The notes below the pieces were generated by a model. It was not told the origin of the DNA. It did not search any database and was given only the letters and a program-made list of their open reading frames with translations. A stretch of 27,398 nt of DNA from Candidatus Zhuqueibacterota bacterium. Lineage in GTDB: Bacteria > Zhuqueibacterota > Zhuqueibacteria > Thermofontimicrobiales > Thermofontimicrobiaceae. Positions 25,172 through 27,398 of the stretch are shown here, in pieces; position 1 is the stretch's first letter; the number at the start of each line of letters is the position of its first letter. The translations under genes and the position numbers were made by a program. The DNA lies in the NCBI GenBank assembly GCA_049322915.1, contig JBMOPW010000006.1, positions 1 through 27,398 on the forward strand. The letters are read 5' to 3'.

Positions 25172-27398
25172 ATGATGAAATCACGTCATCTCATCATTTC
25201 AATGATTTTAACCATCGGTCTGATTACAGAGAGCGCTTTATCCCAGCAATGGTCGCCGGAGATTTCAGTCGAACGACCTGGCCAAGCCATGACCTCGACG
25301 CCGGATTTTGACATCGACCCTGTTACCGGGCATTTGCACATTGTGACCATGCTGGATCCCAAGGGCGTTTTATACACAGAAATGGATAATGACGGTACCA
25401 TCCTGAAGCAGTCGACGATACCATACGCCAGTGAAGATGAAGCAATAGGCGGCGGTTATTTCGGCGCGAGCGTCTCGGTCGATCCACTGGGCCGGCCGCA
25501 CGTTGTGTATCGGTATTTGGCCGTTAAATCGACGAAAGAGTTCAATTCATATTATACCTACTGGAACGGGACTTTATGGACAACGCCGGTATTGCTTTCG
25601 GAACGCATCGTGCGCGGCTATATGGTGCGCGTGGATGTAGATGGCAACGGCAAAACGCATATCGCCCGTAGTTCTGCATCTCAGGATCCCGATGACCCCA
25701 CAGGGAATTTGCTGGTAGGGCCGGTGAAGTATTTCCGGTTCACCAACGGTATCAAAGACCAGGAGAAGGATGACATCACCCGTTACAGCGCTGACGATCG
25801 TCTGGATATTGATGCATCCTACCCGAATCAGGTTCATCTCATTCTGAGTTGTTCCGACTATCAACCGCCAGGCCCAGTCTGGTACTGGCGCTCGTTCAAT
25901 AACGGTGAAAGCTGGGTCAGCACAGAAATCCGGTCACCGAATGCCACAGGGCAGAATGGTTCCTCGGATATCTTTGTCGATGCATCAGGGAAAGTGCATA
26001 TAATGTACGGCTCTGAGAAAGATTTGCAGCTTGGCGGTGCGACATCAGTTCGCTACGTTCGATTTGAAAACAATGTTCACATACGCGACGTCGTCGTTTC
26101 CGAAGCTGGTGAAATTCCTGCCCGTACGCATTCTCCACAAGGAATGGGTTCCGTGGCCGCTAGTGAGGATGGGAGTATTGTCATGGTCGCCTACGGCGAA
26201 GGTTTCGGATTACGACTCTGGGTTCGCCGCTCGGATAATGGCGGTCAAACTTTTGGAGAACCGTTTGAAATCGCGCCGCAAAGCATTGGCGCCGAGGGAA
26301 AGAACAAACACCTGATCCGCGCTTATAAAAGCAATTTTTACGTCGTTTACCCGACGCCAACCGGAGTAAAACTCCGCTATCTCAAACTGACCGTCAACCA
26401 GCCGCCGGTGGCCCATGCCGGGGGGCCGTATCAGGCCAATGAAGGCACGGCCATCACGTTCAATGGCGCAGGCTCCACGGACGGCGACGGTTCCATTGTC
26501 AAATACGAATGGGATTTCCAGAACGACGGCACCTACGACCAGACGACAACCAGCGCCACATTGAGCCACACCATCAGCGACGATTTCAACGGCACGGTCA
26601 AACTGCGCGTGACTGATAACGAAAACGCCACAGCCACGGCCACCCAGACGCTGGTCGTCGCTAATGTCGCGCCGACTGCCGAAGCCGGCGGGCCCTATTC
26701 CGGGGTGATCAATTCGCCCATCCAGTTGACCGGCAGTTCCACTGACCCCGGAACCGATACACCAACCTACAGTTGGGATTTGAATAACGACACCATTTTC
26801 GAAACCCAGGGACAATCGCCCCAGGCGACGTTCACCACGGGCGGCACCCATGTGGTCACGCTGAAAGTGACCGACGGCGATGGCGGCCAGGCCACCGACC
26901 AGGCCAATGTCGTCCTCTCCAATAATCCGCCGGTCGTCAGCCAGATTCCCAATCAGACCATCACCGAAGGCGGCAGTTTCACCACCATTTCCCTGGACAA
27001 TTATGTGACTGACTCGGACAATTCCGACAGCCAGATCACCTGGTCGGTCACCGGCGCTACCAATTTGCAGGTGACAATCACCACCCGCGTGGCCACCATC
27101 ACGCCGAAGGATGCCGAGTGGAACGGCAGCGAAACCATCACCTTTGTCGCCACCGACCCTGGCGGTTTGTCCGACGATTGCCAGACCACGTTCACCATTA
27201 CAGCGGTCAATGACGACCCGGTCGTCAGCCAGATTCCCAATCAGACCATTGCTGAAGGCAGTTCGTTCACGGCCATCAGTCTGGATAATTATGTCACGGA
27301 TCCGGACAATGCCGACAATCAGATCACCTGGACGGCAACGGGTCAGGCCCAGCTCACCGTCACCATCACCAATCGCGTGGCCACCATTCAAACGCCCA
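25172..27398 (+). CDS. Large secreted/surface protein (partial, runs off the window): Asp-box beta-propeller, two PKD domains and tandem 96-aa cadherin-like repeats
   Basis: Absent from the ORF track because it has no stop in the window. Translated by hand from AAGGA RBS and ATG: MMKSRHLIISMILTIGLITESALSQQW..., then RSFNNGESW and RSDNGGQTF, NQPPVAHAGGPY..YEWDF, NVAPTAEAGGPY..YSWDL, and NNPPVVSQIPNQTI / NDDPVVSQIPNQTI. Confidence 0.9.
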   Translation, partial: MMKSRHLIISMILTIGLITESALSQQWSPEISVERPGQAMTSTPDFDIDPVTGHLHIVTMLDPKGVLYTEMDNDGTILKQSTIPYASEDEAIGGGYFGASVSVDPLGRPHVVYRYLAVKSTKEFNSYYTYWNGTLWTTPVLLSERIVRGYMVRVDVDGNGKTHIARSSASQDPDDPTGNLLVGPVKYFRFTNGIKDQEKDDITRYSADDRLDIDASYPNQVHLILSCSDYQPPGPVWYWRSFNNGESWVSTEIRSPNATGQNGSSDIFVDASGKVHIMYGSEKDLQLGGATSVRYVRFENNVHIRDVVVSEAGEIPARTHSPQGMGSVAASEDGSIVMVAYGEGFGLRLWVRRSDNGGQTFGEPFEIAPQSIGAEGKNKHLIRAYKSNFYVVYPTPTGVKLRYLKLTVNQPPVAHAGGPYQANEGTAITFNGAGSTDGDGSIVKYEWDFQNDGTYDQTTTSATLSHTISDDFNGTVKLRVTDNENATATATQTLVVANVAPTAEAGGPYSGVINSPIQLTGSSTDPGTDTPTYSWDLNNDTIFETQGQSPQATFTTGGTHVVTLKVTDGDGGQATDQANVVLSNNPPVVSQIPNQTITEGGSFTTISLDNYVTDSDNSDSQITWSVTGATNLQVTITTRVATITPKDAEWNGSETITFVATDPGGLSDDCQTTFTITAVNDDPVVSQIPNQTIAEGSSFTAISLDNYVTDPDNADNQITWTATGQAQLTVTITNRVATIQTP
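26921..27398 (+). repeat. 288-bp intragenic tandem repeat (96-aa cadherin/Ig-like unit); second copy truncated by the window end
   Basis: Identical 32-mer CCGGTCGTCAGCCAGATTCCCAATCAGACCAT at 26930 and 27218, with continuing similarity (SLDNYVTD.DN.D.QITW). Confidence 0.9.

Noticed and set aside
26930..27249. 32-bp direct repeat as a CRISPR or att site
   Set aside because: The period is 288 bp, in frame within a coding sequence, and the sequence between copies is also homologous; this is a protein domain repeat.
26210..27391. 393-aa minus-strand ORF in the track
   Set aside because: Antisense shadow of the real plus-strand PKD/cadherin-repeat gene; its internal repetition only mirrors that gene's repeats.

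Overview
Ordinary chromosomal DNA from a diderm bacterium. The gene set suggests an FCB-group lineage such as KSB1 or Calditrichota (inference only). No transposase, integrase, CRISPR array or rRNA was seen. Left to right the window holds: (1) a sigma-54 response regulator; (2) a metX-lysC-asd operon whose 5' leader carries a SAM-I riboswitch with its terminator and, immediately upstream, an unannotated 21-aa Met-rich leader peptide with its own attenuator-like terminator; (3) a CNNM/CBS/CorC protein, YigZ, tRNA-Asp, tRNA-Val and a DUF3098-like protein; (4) an Arg-tip EF-P, a CPBP protease, an AT-rich DNA methyltransferase fused to a degenerate SNase-like domain, a DUF2156 protein and a secreted S9 peptidase; (5) a tightly coupled five-gene envelope operon (phosphodiester glycosidase, HExxH protein, NusG-II protein, Gx transporter, DUF5686-like protein); (6) a DUF362-AmrS-AmrB/A (AmmeMemoRadiSam) operon in which every gene appears to carry an export signal, including a twin-arginine peptide on the radical SAM enzyme; (7) the 5' part of a large secreted beta-propeller/PKD/cadherin-repeat protein that the ORF track missed. 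The two best candidates for new biology are the tandem Met-attenuator plus SAM riboswitch and the apparently exported radical SAM system. All family calls come from motif recognition by eye, not from database searches.
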